A DNA stretch of 64,000 bases, from NCBI GenBank assembly GCA_964016885.1, contig OZ024742.1, forward strand, positions 187,798,001 to 187,862,000, written 5' to 3'. The position numbers were made by a program, and so were the translations under genes. Each line of letters opens with the position of its first letter. The stretch's first letter is position 1. The notes below the pieces were generated by a model that made no database searches, was not told where the DNA came from, and worked only from the letters and a program-made list of their open reading frames with translations. This document shows, one piece after another, positions 14,171 through 29,052 of the stretch. The DNA is from Eledone cirrhosa. Its lineage: Eukaryota.

Positions 14171-15950
14171 ACTTGGTACGATCATGAAACTTTACTGGAA
14201 AGAAACCCTCGTCTCTTAATGAAGAACTAAGTAACCTTATTGAATTTGTTTACAAGATATTTTTCATAAATGTAATTATGTATGGAATCGTGATGGGGAC
14301 CTTATGATATACGATCAGTTTTAAGCATTTTAAAGCTGGCGGAGTCCATTCTCATCTGGTCCGAACACAGTCAATTTCTTACAGAGAAGGAGAGAGAGAG
14401 ATAAAAAAAATAAAACCCAGTACTGAATAGGTAGTTTAGGTGGATTGTCTGAACATGTAATAGGTTGATTAAGATGCTCTGGTTGAATGACCGAACGAGG
14501 CTTAATTTTCAACATAGTTCCTCGAAAGAAGCAACGTAGTTATTAATAAGAAGAATTGAAATCAAAGCAGGCAAGATTTCAGTGATCTACAAACATTCCG
14601 TCAGTTAGCCTTTGAACTTTTCATCCCACTCTCCTATATCGAGCTAAAAATGATGAAAGGCTAAGCTGACTTGGGAGAGAATTGAATTCAGTGCGCAGTA
14701 AGCATTTTACCCGGCGCCATAACGTCTCTGTCAATGTTCTGCCTAAAACTCAATTGAAATTAAGGCAAAGATAAAGAGAAGATTAATGAAATACTTAATA
14801 GTTCTGAGAACAAATTTAAAAACAACTATTCAAATAAAATGGTATTACTTGATAAGAAATTGAAGGCGGCGTTTTGAGATTTGTTCCTACTGGTTAGATT
14901 CTAAGTTCAAGTCTAACCCAGGACAATGTTACCTTGCCCTTTTCGGAAGTCGATAAAATAAAGTCACCAAATACTGAACCTAATATGAATTGTTTCTTTT
15001 ATGTCTGAAATAGTTCCTATCATCTTCCGTTTTTGAATCTGTAGAGCGTCGCACAAAGTGATTTGCATCGTTTAGTCATGAATTCCTCTTTTACCAGTTC
15101 GAATCCCGTCGACGTCAACTTTTTTTCATCCCTTCGGGATCGATAAAATGAAGTACTGAGGCCAATATAATCGACGTCTCCCTTTCACACACATTGCTGG
15201 CTTTCTACCAATGCTAGAAAGAATTACTTACGATTTCAAGATTTCTTCATAAGAACTGGACATTTTGTAGACATTTCTTTTAAAAAACCTAGAATTAGTC
15301 ATTTAGTTTATATATTAAGACTCCAACCCATCTTATGTATTTTATAACGTATGGGATTTCTCGTAATGTATTTTGTGTCATATAATTTTTTTTAGTATAC
15401 AAAGAAAATTAATTGTAGCAGGAATACTACCATTTAAAATAAATTTTTGCTGGAGATAGATTAGGAAAATTTAATAAGCGTGAGGGGCGGATTATTCAAA
15501 ATTCGAGTGTATGTGACAGATATTTAATGATATTGTCATATATATTTACACATGTATACAGAGATAATTATAGACAAAACCACCAATTTGATGGAAGGGA
15601 AAATTCTATTATATCGAACCTTATGTTTTCGACTACAAATGGATGCAAAATATAGAAGATCCCTGTGAAATTTGAACTCCTTAGCTAAAATGTTATATCG
15701 AAATACCACGCTGTATCAACTACATATTTGGTCTTCTCCATCCTGTTGGCCGGGACCACTAAATGGACTGGCATTTAATTTTCATTCATGGAGGTGGCGT
15801 GTGGATATAATTCACTTTAATAAACATACATGAATACATAAGTAGATAAGTACTTACCGCATATACGTACGTACATACACACGTACGTACGTTTTAGCTA
15901 AACAATATACAGATAGACAGAAATACTATAGTCAGTAAAATAATAGACAC

Positions 15951-16105
<155 letters not shown>

Positions 16106-16466
16106 CACACATAAAATACATTTCGTGACTTACAAACTTTACAATATCCTCTTAAGAATTAAATAGTTGTATAGATAAAAGAAAACTAAAACTAAAAAGC
16201 CAAACGGTTAATACATATATTTATTACATAATATTCACACAATGGAGAGATGAAAGACGAAGTTGATTCCAGTGTGACCTTAACTGCAACGATATATAAC
16301 CTTTAAAACGTTAGCCGAAATACCGATTGGAGCATCATTAATGAAACTAAGAGAAACACCACTTACCGGGCGTTTCTCGGTTACATAATATCTCTTCTTA
16401 TAACGCACTAGTGTCTATGGCCATGCACAGAAAACCCATTCAACCCTTGCTTGCTCGGGGGAAATG

Positions 16467-16519
<53 letters not shown>

Positions 16520-16551
16520 CCATTGAAAATGTGAAGGGAAAATAGACGAAA

Positions 16552-17066
16552 TCATAATATAATAAAGGAAGGTGTGCGGGACTGTTTCCTGATTATATAT
16601 TTTATCCCGTTAATAAAATAAGTTGGGTTACTTTGAATATATAATGAATAAATAATACATCATTTATGTACTAAATTACGTAGCTGTTAATTAAATATAA
16701 ATATTCTTATATATAACGATTGCTTATTTTAAGATTCACTTCTTTTAACATCAAACGTTCATATATTTGCATCGTTATATCATAACGTTTATATTTCTAT
16801 CGCTAATTTTCTCCTTTTTTGTTTTCATTACATTTCACTGTAGTGCGGTTGATATATATAATGTCGTCCTTTTTAAATGTATCATGGATTACTTTACTGA
16901 TTACAGAAGAGCGTATAATACAATATCTCTTCAAGTTCTGTGCATATTGTCAATTACGATTTTATTTGACGTATCATATCTAGATACATGTATATTTGCG
17001 TATAATATCAATATGCACACTACACATGCTAACAGAAAACCACCCGATGGGTGGTTTTTCTGCTAG
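16552..17066 (+). mobile_element. Non-autonomous Helitron, family A (older copy)
   Basis: A|TCATAATATAATAAAG start, ACCACCCGATGGGTGGT hairpin and CTAG|T end; homologous to the 26.3 and 28.0 kb copies. Confidence 0.82.
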
Positions 17067-17463
17067 TATATCTAATGTTTTCTTCATATTATCTGAACGT
17101 ATCTTGGAGACACATTAACTTAGAGGACCCACACCTTACTTTGCCTTGGATTTCCCCTTTTTCTCATCTCCTTAGCTTTTCTCTACGTCTCTAACCACTA
17201 ACTATTTAACGAGATATTATACGTTGGTAGAATCCAATCCTGGTATACACCCCACATTTTTGTTCTCCAGGTTTCATCCTCTACCCTTTGTATATAATTT
17301 GGTTTTCCTAAGGACAAACAATCTCCAACCTAATTTCTTTCTTGCGCTCATAAATATCGATATAAACTATAAGTAAATAAATTACAAATACCATTCTAAA
17401 TATTTTTTATTTTCATACTTCTAAAGAGTACATATGTGTGTGTGTGTATATAGCTATATATGC

Positions 17464-17518
<55 letters not shown>

Positions 17519-17642
17519 AATATTTACAATATGGATTATAATTTCACCAATTTCTTATAATAATCATGACTCTTAATTTAGATAAGCATGGTCTGTATAT
17601 ATATTTGAAAATTTTACTAACATTTCCATTACATTATTTTAT

Positions 17643-17799
17643 GGTCGGACGCCATGCTTTCCATCATAGTTACGTCCCTTTACGATCTGAGTTCAAATCC
17701 CGCCGAGGTTGACTTTGCCCTTCATCATTACGGTGTCGATAAAATAAAGTACCAGTAATGCACTGGGTAATTACTGGCCTTGTGCCTAAAGTAGAAACA
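17643..17799 (+). mobile_element. Same SINE family, 5'-truncated
   Basis: Near-identical body; TSD ATTATTTTAT at 17633-17642 and 17800-17809. Confidence 0.88.
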
Positions 17800-18182
17800 A
17801 TTATTTTATAACCTGTAGTAACATTATATTAACACTACTACCACTAGTACAACTACGGAGGCCAAGAAACACTCCTAAATAAATGAGGATGTTTTCAGTT
17901 ATTATTGTTGGCTTCTAAAAACAAACCCAACCGACTGACCTGATTCCAGGACAATTGGTGACACTAAGAGGTTTAATAGATTTGTTGTTGGAATGGTGAA
18001 AATAAATCTGACCAATGAGAAAGGGTTAACTGTTCTGATGCTGTGGATTTTTTTAATTATAAATCACCAGTGCCTTGAGAAAACAAAACCAAATTTCAGC
18101 ACCGAGCATATACAAATATTGAAATAACAGATGCAAACTTTATTCCATCGTTATGTTTTTGTGTGTTTTTCTGTTCAAATTT

Positions 18183-18245
18183 TAGTTGTCTGATGAGGTC
18201 ATAGCTGTTCCATAATTGGTATCAACGAAATATATATAACAGCTA
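18183..18245 (+). ncRNA. Type I hammerhead motif, stem II partly decayed
   Basis: TAGTTGT CTGATGA GGTCATAGC..GGTATCAAC GAAA TATATAT A ACAGCTA; 7-bp stem I, palindromic stem III; related to 46712-46763. Confidence 0.7.
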
Positions 18246-18291
18246 CTATGAATTAACGAGGTTAATTTTAACCCGCTGACTTACACTTCTT

Positions 18292-18400
<109 letters not shown>

Positions 18401-21400
18401 CGATATGTTCGTTTCTAATTATCGGATTTCTATATTTCTCTTTATCGATCTTTCACTTTCTCTCTCTTTCTCTTTTCACCTCTCTCTCTCTCTCCCTTTC
18501 TTTCTTCCTCTTTCTTTATTCCTCTTTCTTTATCTCTCTCGTTCTTTTTTCTACCCCTTTCTCTCTCCCTCTCTCTGTCGGTCATACGCTTTCTATGTCA
18601 TGTGTGGTTGAACATGTAGCGAATGGTGTGAGTTATCCATTACTCACAACCATTCTCCACAAGTACTTGGAAGTGTTCAATGGTATTTATTTCTCCTATA
18701 CTGCAGTTGGATGGTTTGGCATAATAAATATTCATGTCTTCTGTCTTTGAACTGTTAATAGCCATACCACTTTTATTACCCTCTCTTATTAAGCTATCCA
18801 ATATTAGTTTCATTTCTTCTGTTGCTTTTGTAAATCATCATCACTAGCTTGTCAACGTAAACTATATCAGCTAGTGTCTCTCTGTGTTAATGCGGTGTGG
18901 TAAATGAATATGTACATATATTCCAGGATCGAACACAATGAAACCAAACTCTCACTGTCACTGCCTCCGTCTCTCCCGGTCTACCCATCTATTGTGAGCA
19001 AATAGGGGCCCAAGTGCTGGCCGCCCCGCGTCCCCGATAGGGAAACGCACTGGATTAGCCATTCCAGCTCGCGAGACTCACACATGCGGATAACCAACTC
19101 CGTGCCGATGATGGTGAGTAGAGAATTAGTGTTAGGGCCAAGGACACCAGAAGTCTCCACAGCAACGGGCTCGACCGCAAACTTGTATCTTATCCGTCCA
19201 TTCTATTTCACAAAATCAGCTTTGCAAAACCTTCTGCACCACATAAATAATTACGTTCACAAAACGCAAGGAAGAAAATACAACTTTCTGAATTACACCA
19301 GGCTTGATTAAAGAAACCCCACTGAGATGTTCATTAAAAAAGGACTTGGCACAACGTCCCTTTATATATTATTAATGATAGTCTTACACTAATGTACGCC
19401 ACACACCATTATTTTTACTTATATCACACTTTTTTCACGTCTTTCCATTCTGTTTCTGTTTTCTCTTTTTTCTTCACTTTTCTTCACATCTCGTTTCATT
19501 ACTTTCGTCTAGATTTATATTTCTTCTTTTTCTCCTCTTATCTGCCGACGAAGGACTAACGCTCGAAACGCTCAGGTTGTTGCCTTACTATATCAACCTT
19601 TAAAGCAACACACACACACACACACACATTTTTGCAGTTGGTCCCTGTAACCACATATCTATATATAATATACAAAACTGTTTAACAATAAACGTGGGCA
19701 TCAGTTTACTCTTTTTCTCTCTTTGTTTACATTACTGTTCCTCTCGTATCTCACACTACTTATTGCTCACAATTTCTCACCTTCTTCTACTGTTATTGCA
19801 CTAAATATTACACACACTCTCCTTTCATCCCTCCTCCATTTATTACACCACATATTACTCATATTCATATCTCCACAATCAACTCACTCCCGGTTGCACA
19901 CACACACACTCCTGTGTCACCTCTCCTCCTTCCCCGAATACACTCCCTATTTATACTTCCTAATCATTACTTAATGATTGCTTTAACGATAACTTTCAGC
20001 GAGATGCATATTATATCATATCTTAAATATTCCTTTGAACTGACAACTTGGTACCTGATCTAAGCTCAACACAGATTATATCGATCTCCTCTTGGAATAG
20101 TTAATGAGCATTCCACAGAAGGTTTCATTTTAGTAAAAGCCGCACTGGCAGCTGTGTTTTATGTGCAGCGAAAATGTATCAAATCAATTAGCCATATATA
20201 GATCTAAGAATAGAGCGACCAGTTTCCGAAGTGATGTCTGACGTAGTAAGTATATACAAGACTGAAGGCAGGTGGCTTTGTGGTTAATATGTTGGGGCGA
20301 CGATTGTAAGATCGAGAGTTCTGTTCCTTAATCGGGCGACGCGTTTGGTTCCATACCCAGTCCATTAAGCTGGAAGAATTTAGTGTGAGTTCATTAGTTC
20401 GAAGCTGTATTGGTTTTGCCTTTCCGTTTTCCTTGGACAACATCGCTGGCGTGTAGAAGAGAAACGTGTATACATAGGTGACTGCGAGGTGTCCACAAAA
20501 CACTCTGCCTTGGCTTGTGGTTTAGAATAGATCTTTCTATGTCCAAACCTGTAGTCAGCACAGCACAGCTTGTTCGGCTTTCTAAATTCTTACACCACAC
20601 TGCAAATTCTTACTCCACATTGCAATGTAGAAGTCTGACAGAGAGGCTATGTTGAACCAATCTTTAAAAAAACTACCAAGATTGAAAGTTCACAAATATA
20701 AACCAAATCTTTGAGTACATTGAAGCTACGAAAATATTCAACAACAGAAACTTCTAGCTGTTTTACAGATTCCTTTATTTCCTCTTTTCTTCTTAGTTTT
20801 CTTAAGAATAATCTGCCGCCCATTGGCCTTCAATATTTGAAATTTTTTTTTTTTTCCTTTTTTTATTTTTCCCCCTTTTAAAATTTTCTTTTCCTTTTTT
20901 TAAAATATTTTTGTTACCTGTCACACTAGCTCTATATGATTACTATCTGTAAAGAGTACTCGATTCTTCCCCTAGTCTTACTAGCACTATTCTGATGTTT
21001 AAATTCAATAAAGAAATAAATCAATGTGCCATTTTTTACAATAATGCTCCTGCATTTCTAACTCCATTCTCTCAAGTGTTTGAAGTGATCAGTGAACTTT
21101 ATCTCTCCTTCTGTGAGTCAATAGGATGGCTTTGCATAATTACATAGATATAATTTATGATTAGATCGATATCCTCATCGGATTGTTAATGATCGAACAA
21201 AGAGAGGTTTCCTTTCAGAAAAAAGTAGCTTTGTATGCTGCGTTATATGTCCAATGCACATTTATTTAAGCATTTTTCATCGAGGTACATCATTTCAGAG
21301 CGTAACGCAATAAGTTGTGGGCTTCTTCTTGGGAATCGAAATATGGTGTCATGATTGTGAAGCGAGCTTCGTAACCACTCGGTCATGCCTGCATCTAAAT

Positions 21401-22040
21401 ATACTACAAACTATTTACTGTAGGTGAAATTGTCATGTCACCTCTGTAGAATTACTGATTTAAATCACGTCATTTTATATTAAGTTATATCTAGAGCTGG
21501 AAAAAAGAAAAATAATAATATTAAATTCCATTTACATAGAATAGTATATTACGGACATATATAGCATTAACAAATCTGATCTAATTCCATAGAATTAAGT
21601 GGATATTAATCGACTGAATTGAATAAATAAGACGTGAGAGATAAAATATGGTTGGACAGAAGGAAATAGATGAATTACTTTCAGATTTGAGATAATGTCG
21701 TAAGAAACCTTATCATACTAGTTTTCATCAGGATGATAATGATTTATGGAAATAATTATAAATTATATTGCATGGGGTAGCCAGATTCTCTCGAATGGCT
21801 AGTTGCAGTTATTACTGTCGGGCGAAATAGCTGTCCAGTATTTGTTAGAATTCTTGTCGTTTTGAGTTCAAATTCGACCGAGGTCAAATTTGTCATTCAT
21901 TCAATTGGTGTCGATTAAATAAAGTACCAGCCCGGTAGTGGAATCCAGTTAATCGACTTACATCCTCTAAAATAGTTGGCCTCTTCTCTAAATTACAAAT
22001 ATGTTAAAGGTGGTGATTTGGCAGAAATATATATATATAT

Positions 22041-22099
22041 GGTTTGTCAAATATAAAGTTTGTAGAAATATGGAGAAAAAAAAGCAAATTTCTACAAAT

Positions 22100-22156
<57 letters not shown>

Positions 22157-22234
22157 TGTGTGTCGTCAAGTATGAAGTTTGTAGAAATTTGCTTTTTTTC
22201 TACATATTTCTACAAACTTTATATTTGACAAACC
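22041..22234. repeat. About 60-bp inverted repeat around a (TA)n spacer
   Basis: GGTTTGTCAAATATAAAGTTTGTAGAAATATG / CATATTTCTACAAACTTTATATTTGACAAACC. Confidence 0.88.
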
Positions 22235-22886
22235 AATATATATATATATATATAATATGTTTGCGTATTTAAACAATTTTAAAAAAAAAGAGAGAAAGTG
22301 ACGACCAAACTAATATCCTCCGGTCGACAGGATGGAGAATACATAGACATCGAGGAGGGTGGGGAGACGCGCTAGAACAGCTGCTCTACCTCGCGGCGTT
22401 TGCACCTGTATGTAGCCAGTTCCACTTCCATATCAATGTGTATGGATGGTATCCTGGGCTCGATCTACTATTTCAAAAAAAGGAAATATATACAAATTAA
22501 GGCAGGGCCTCTATATATGGCCCCAGTTTAATGAGTGAAACCAGTAAAATACTAATAATATTTCAATATACCAAGACCGTTGGAGCCTTAAACGAAATTG
22601 CGTTGCAGTATTTAGTTACGTCACATTGAATTTTAGGTTGAAGAAGCGACTAATATTAGTTTGCCTGTCCTTTTGCCATAGTCTATAAAGTAAAATCTCT
22701 GTCAAACATTCGAGTAGATTAATTCATCAATTATAATTTACCCACCAATGTGTGGTTGTGAACTAATTTAAAAGATCAATAGTTGAATATAGCACGATAA
22801 ATTCAATCTCAATTAATCATCAGTGAAATATTATTTATCAGCTTCGTTTTTTAAATTGTTGTAATTATATTATTTATTTATACAAC

Positions 22887-23070
22887 GGCGGTGGATTGGC
22901 AGTATCGGTAGAGGGTCGGAGGCCATGCTTTCCAGCATAGTTACGTCCCTTTACGATCTGAGTTCAAATCACGCCGAGGTTGACTTTGCCTTTCATCCTT
23001 ACGGGGTCGATAAAATAAAGTACCAGTAATGCACTGGTTAATTGCTGGCCTTGTGCCTAAAGTAGAAACA
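22887..23070 (+). mobile_element. Same SINE family, full length
   Basis: GGCGGTGGATTGGCAG start; TSD ATTATTTATTTATA at 22869-22882 and 23071-23084. Confidence 0.9.
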
Positions 23071-23339
23071 ATTATTTATTTATATAAGAAGGCCTGGCTG
23101 CGTGGTTAAACAGTTCGCTTTGCAACTACATGGTTTCTTATATAGCTTCGAGCTTACTGATACCTTCAGAGTCCAATTTGGTAGAAAGGAACCTACATAA
23201 CCCTGTGTGGTGTGTATGTACGCCCCAGTATGGCCGCACTCAAACGACAGAAATGGCTAAGAATAGTAAACAACAAATAGTATATTCTGGTAATTATTTT
23301 GAATTATTTAATGGTTCCTTATAGCCGGCAACTGCAAAC

Positions 23340-24140
23340 AGGAATGATCAGTTTTATTAATCTAAACAAATGATTTCCGTGCACGCCACTTATATCAATA
23401 AGCCTGAGGAGTAGGAGCAGATGGAAGAAATATAGGAAGAGGAGTTTGAGATTGAAGAGATATAGGAAATGTAGGGGGAGTAGTTGGATAAAGTTTAGTA
23501 GGAGAAATATATGGATATTGGGGAGGTATATGAGACGGCGGGAGAGGAGTTCGACATAGATATTGTGAAGGAGAAGGAGGTTATAGATGGAGGATAGGAG
23601 ACTTTGGGGTAGGAAGGGTTTTAGAGATAGATAACGTATAGGAGATATAGGAGGGAGAGTAAGATAGATAATGTATAGTTGGGGGGGGGGCTGGCAAATG
23701 GTGTATAGGAAATGTAAGGGGGGTATGAGACAGATGATGTTTAGATGTGGGGGTTGGGGGTGGGAGTTGGAGACAGATGATGTATAGGAGATGTGGAGGG
23801 GTGAGACAGATGATATGTAGGAGATGTTGGGGGTGAGACAAATGATGTATAGAAGTAGAGGGGAGGGGGTTGGAGACATATGATGTAGAGGAAATGTGAG
23901 AGGAGGGGGTTGGAGACAGATGATGTATAGGGGATGTAGGTGGGTTGAGGTGTGGAGAGAGGAGGGTGTTGGATGGAAGGGGATAGTTGGATGATACGGT
24001 GGGGAAATGGCGTGACCTTCTTTCAATGTCGCGACCCCCTCCGTAGAAGAGGGTAATGATAACTAAGGAGGATTAAAAGGGTTTAATAATGAATTCATGT
24101 TGGTTTTCTGACAACTGGCACGTTTCCCAGACATTTTTCT
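23340..24140 (-). mobile_element. Probable highly decayed PLE 3' end with CT-rich UTR
   Basis: ENQHEFIIKPF*SSL resembles the GIY-YIG terminal E..FI..FKP.LN; followed by degenerate repeats of GAGACAGATGATGTATAG (+ strand), which explain the Pro/Leu-rich ORF 23319-24026. Confidence 0.4.
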
Positions 24141-24562
24141 TTTTCTGTGAAAGATTGTGAATAATCTGGCCTCTGTTAGAATGATAAAAAAGACAGGATT
24201 AACAGAGAAGAAATTGATGGATAGGACGACGAGAATAATGATTGCAATCGATGATCTTAATGATGGTGAAGATGGTGGTATTTATTGTGATGTTGGCGGT
24301 GGTTGTGTTTATGGTAATATTGGCGGTGTTGATAATGTGGCTAATTGGATACTTCAGTGGAACATAATGATGAAATATGTTGGATAATAGGGTGAAAGTA
24401 AAGACAATATATTTATATTGCTAAAAGTATTTACCCGATGGTATTACTGGTAAATACCATCAGCTGTGTTCATAGTTGGAGTAGACCTTGGCATTTAATC
24501 CTGGGAGAGATAGTGTGTGCAAAAAAGAGATATAGTGGCGTATAAAGAGATATAGTTAGGGA

Positions 24563-24781
24563 AGGCACGTGGCTGAGTGGTCAGAGAATTGGATTCACAA
24601 TTGTGAGGTTGTGAGTTCGATTCCCGGACGGGGTGATGCGTTGTGTCCATGTCCATGAACAAGACATTTTATTTTACGTTGCTCCTTCTACCTGGAGTTG
24701 TGACTGATAGAGCGTATTAGCAATTGGAAAGACTAACGGAAACATTGTTTCCTAGGTCCGATTTGACGAGGGTCTATCGAC
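24563..24781 (+). mobile_element. tRNA-head SINE, second family (paralog at 46905-47117)
   Basis: TGGCTGAGTGG A box, GAGTTCGATTCC B box; shared body TTGCTCCTTCTACCTGGAGTTG..GGTCCGATTT. Confidence 0.75.
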
Positions 24782-25315
24782 AATATATATAGTGGTGTAA
24801 TCGGCCCCGGTAATGGAGTAGTAACTTAAAGACGGTTAATGTATGTAAGGCAAATTTCACTTCGTTGAGGTTGGGATGCAAGGCAAAGAGTGACAGGATG
24901 AATAGCAGAAATCACACGATCCGGTCTTTTAAGGAATGATCTATTTCGCCGACTGCCAACACCGATCTACTTCAAGAACTTGGTGATCGTGACCATTGAT
25001 CTAAGACTGATACCCCTGCTTAGCATCATATGGCTGTCACAGTTGCTCAATAGAGGACTCTAAAAATATTAAGCATAGAAAAATCAGTTATGTTCAAGAT
25101 GGCTTGTTGGTTCCCCCGAGACTATTGGTTCAGTAAAACTAATTCTCTTTCTCATACAACATATAGTACGCATTCATGTCGAAATAGTTTGTAGAATACA
25201 TAAATATGAAAATTCTGTCTCTCATAAACAGATCCTCCGCCAGATACACACAAACTGCCACAGATACCTGTACATATACGCAAACACGATTTTAAGAACA
25301 TATATACTTACACAT

Positions 25316-25346
<31 letters not shown>

Positions 25347-25356
25347 ATGTATATAT

Positions 25357-25389
<33 letters not shown>

Positions 25390-25416
25390 ATATACATATA
25401 TATATAATGTATATAT

Positions 25417-25447
<31 letters not shown>

Positions 25448-25632
25448 ATATACATATATATATATATATATGTATATACACGCACATATATGTATTAAAT
25501 ATACATTATATATATGTATGTGTGAGTGCGCGCGCGCACTTGAATACACATATATATATGGAGGAATATTAATGCACATATAACTTTGTATATTTATGTA
25601 TACGTGTATGTATTTTAGTATGTGGTTGTGTG

Positions 25633-25674
<42 letters not shown>

Positions 25675-26346
25675 TGGGGTGGTGGTCCTTGACTATGTGC
25701 GTGTATGTATCTTTATCATGAAATTTTTAGATTTAGTGGTTGGCTTCTACTTACGCTCTGCTGCCCTTTTGAAACCTCTTTTATCACATTTCTGTCCTCT
25801 GAACACTATTATTGATTTTCTTGCCGAATTATATAGGTGACAAGAGCTTTCTTATCGGTTCTCAGTATTCCTATACTTTTTAAACAACAAACTAATTTAA
25901 TTTGCTTCATATAGCGATATGGAAACTAGTATTTTTCTCTTCCAATATATAAATTCTAGATACGTGCGTTTTATGTACAGTTGAGATATAAATATTGTTT
26001 TTTTGTAAACTGTAATTGTAATATGGTGGTGAATTGACAATTATTAAGGCGTCGGATAGAATTGTTTCTAATATTCATTCCAACTCTTCGCGCTCTGTGG
26101 TCAAATCTTGTCTAGGCCACATTTTTCTTCCTTTTGCGATCTGTAACGTATCAGTCGAGTTCTATGGTCGATATTTTTTATTCCTTTTCTTCTCTGTTAC
26201 TTTCATTGTCTGGAATAAACCGGCTGGATTCATACCTGAACAAAGGATGATGCCTCTCGGGCATCCACCAGGAGTTAAGTGCAGTGACAACTGTAACGTG
26301 ATCTTAAGCATCACGGCAAATTTCAATGATTGTCTATTATGTAATA

Positions 26347-26830
26347 CTAGCAGGAAAACCACCCTTCGGGTGATTTTCTGCTAGCATGTGTAGTGTGTAT
26401 ATTGATATTATACGCAGGTATATATACATGTAGGTATGATACATTAAATAAAATCGTAAGTGACAATATATAATACATAGAAATTGAACGAAGACTGCGT
26501 TACACTGTTTTATTTAATCAGTAACGTAATCCATGATACATTAAAAAAGACGATATTATATATAAACTGCATTAGGAGAAAATTAGTGACCGAAAATTAT
26601 TATGTTTATTTTAGCGTTGACCAACCGGAAGTGTTGACATTTCAGAAATTTTAAAGAATTGAATCTTTAAATAAGCAAAATATATTTACTCTAGAGCCAC
26701 GAAATTTAGTAGATAAATTATGTTATATTCATTCATTATTTATTCAAAGTAATCAAACTTATTTTACTAATGGGATAAAACATTATAAACCGTACGCATC
26801 CCCGCGCTTCTCCCTTTATTATAGTTTAGA
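26347..26830 (-). mobile_element. Non-autonomous Helitron, family A
   Basis: Minus strand starts A|TCTAAACTATAATAAAG and ends with hairpin ATCACCCGAAGGGTGGT then CTAG|T; no TSD. Confidence 0.88.
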
Positions 26831-27925
26831 TAATTGTCATATGATCAGATTTAAAAACTCAGTTTGGTACCAAATTTACGTTTATTACACATAATCATAT
26901 TGCATGTTTCTTCATAAAGGCCCTTACTCTGAATTACGCTATACAAGTGCGATCTTGATTAACACTGATCCACCTCCTCTCAACCAGATAGGTTTGTAGT
27001 ATATGTAAATAATATTTCAATACAAGGAGATTGCTTAGAAACTTCATAAGGGTTTCTACTTTCTCATACCTCTGCAACCGAGCACAATTGAGAGCATGTT
27101 GGCGTTGGAACACGACGGTGAATTATGTGTATCTACTGCTCCTACTGCGATACTCTTGTAGCTGAGATATGATGATAGCTTAACATTCTTCCTGTGAATT
27201 TGTATTACATATAAGCATTTTGTATGTTGGTTAACAGAAGCTTGGTGATCCAGCCGGATCAGATGGAGAAGGTTGCTTCTGACAGAGCCTGCTGGAAGGA
27301 GTTTTTGAGGACTTTTCCCCCACGACCCTCTCACGAATAAGTGGGCGATGAAGAAGGGAACGGAGGTTCACAGACATCTTTATTCTGACCCCTGTTGTAT
27401 TAGTGTTATCAATAATGAATATAGTCTTGAATTTGACCTTGTTATTACTAGATATTTCAGAATTGTCTTCTTCTGAAATCTTCAATTAACCAAAATTCAT
27501 ATCTGATATCTAATTAGCTACAATTGCTAAGCATTCTATCACCCTTCGACCTAGCATGCCCAGACGATCACTGAATTGTAATGTCGATGTGTGTTCCAGT
27601 TGTTTGATCAACAGAACAACTTGCTCGTTTAATTAAACTACAAGAACAATTTAATTCACAAGGCTGACCAGGGCAAAATGTTACACACTCGACACAATCC
27701 CAGTATTTAAGGTACCCGAATGGAACCCTTCAACGTGGAATTGTCTAATTAAAGTGAGGCTGTCATTTGCATATGAAACATTGTTGAGACAGACTTAAAT
27801 GAAAGTTAACATAATTATAGAGACAAACTGTTAAGATTTAATGAAATATTTAAAGTAATTAAGTGGATGGGTAGTGTAATATGTATATATATATTGAGAG
27901 AGAGAGAGAGAGAGAGAGAGATAGT

Positions 27926-27958
<33 letters not shown>

Positions 27959-27998
27959 TGATAGAGAGAGAGAAGTATCAATAAGATCATTACATTAC

Positions 27999-28588
27999 CT
28001 AGCAGAAACCCGACCCTTCGGGTGGTTTTCTGCTAGCATGTGTAGTGTGTATATTGATATTATACGCAGGTATATATACATGTAGATATGCTACATCAAA
28101 TAAAATCGTAATTTACAATATATAATACATAGAGATTGAACGAAGATTGCTTTACACTGTCTTATTTAATGAGTAACGTAATCCATGATACATTAAAAAA
28201 GACGATATTATATATAAACTGCATTAGGAGAAAATTAGTGACAGAAAATTAGTATGTTTATTTTAGCGATGGCCAACCGGAAGTGTTGATATTTCAGAAA
28301 TTTTAAAGAAGTGAATCTTTAAATAAACAAAATATATTTAATCAACAGCCATGAAATTTAGTAGATAAATTAAGTAATATTCATTCATTATTTATTCAAA
28401 GTTAACTCTGCCTTTCATCCTTACGGGGTCGATAAAATAAAGTACCAGTAATGCACTGGATAATTGCTGGCCTTGTGCCAAGCGTAGAAACAATTATTTA
28501 TTCAAAGTAATCCAACATATTTTACTAATGGGATAAAAAATTATAAACCGTAAACAGTCCCGCGCTCCTTACTTTATTATAGTTTAAA
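27999..28588 (-). mobile_element. Non-autonomous Helitron, family A, with nested SINE
   Basis: Closely similar to 26347-26830; interrupted at 28403-28492. Confidence 0.85.
28403..28492 (+). mobile_element. Same SINE family, 3' fragment nested in a Helitron
   Basis: 16-bp TSD ATTATTTATTCAAAGT at 28387-28402 and 28493-28508; empty site visible at about 26735-26750. Confidence 0.92.
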
Positions 28589-28917
28589 TTACAGGTGACA
28601 CGCATTTCGTGATCCATCAGCTCAAGTTACGATCGGTAGTGATTGCGCCCGACTCTGGAACCAGTAGCTCATCATACTTGGGGATTTTCGTGAAAATAAT
28701 TTAAGGTTACTATGTTGATACTTCGTTCTTGTTCTTTATTAATATCACTATTATTATTATTAACACTCTGTTTCTTAATGCTACTGAAAACGTTGAAATA
28801 GCAAATGTAGAATATCACGTCGGCAGCTGGCCCCATGCAGGCTATGAATGTTGAAACTGGTGAACCAATAGTAACTAAACGTTATATACAATGTGTGTGT
28901 AATTATATATACATATA

Positions 28918-28976
28918 TGAGAGAGAGAGAGAGAGCGAGAGAGAGAGAGAGAGAGTGAGAGAGAGAGAGAGATAGT

Positions 28977-29047
<71 letters not shown>
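28918..29047. repeat. (GA)n microsatellite
   Basis: Read directly from the sequence. Confidence 0.97.

Positions 29048-29052
<5 letters not shown>

Noticed and set aside
23319-24026. 235-aa Pro/Leu/His-rich ORF
   Set aside because: Low-complexity degenerate repeat with no domain
24563-24630. tRNA genes at A/B-box motifs (also 6175, 22887, 46905)
   Set aside because: No cloverleaf; they are SINE heads continuous with repeat bodies
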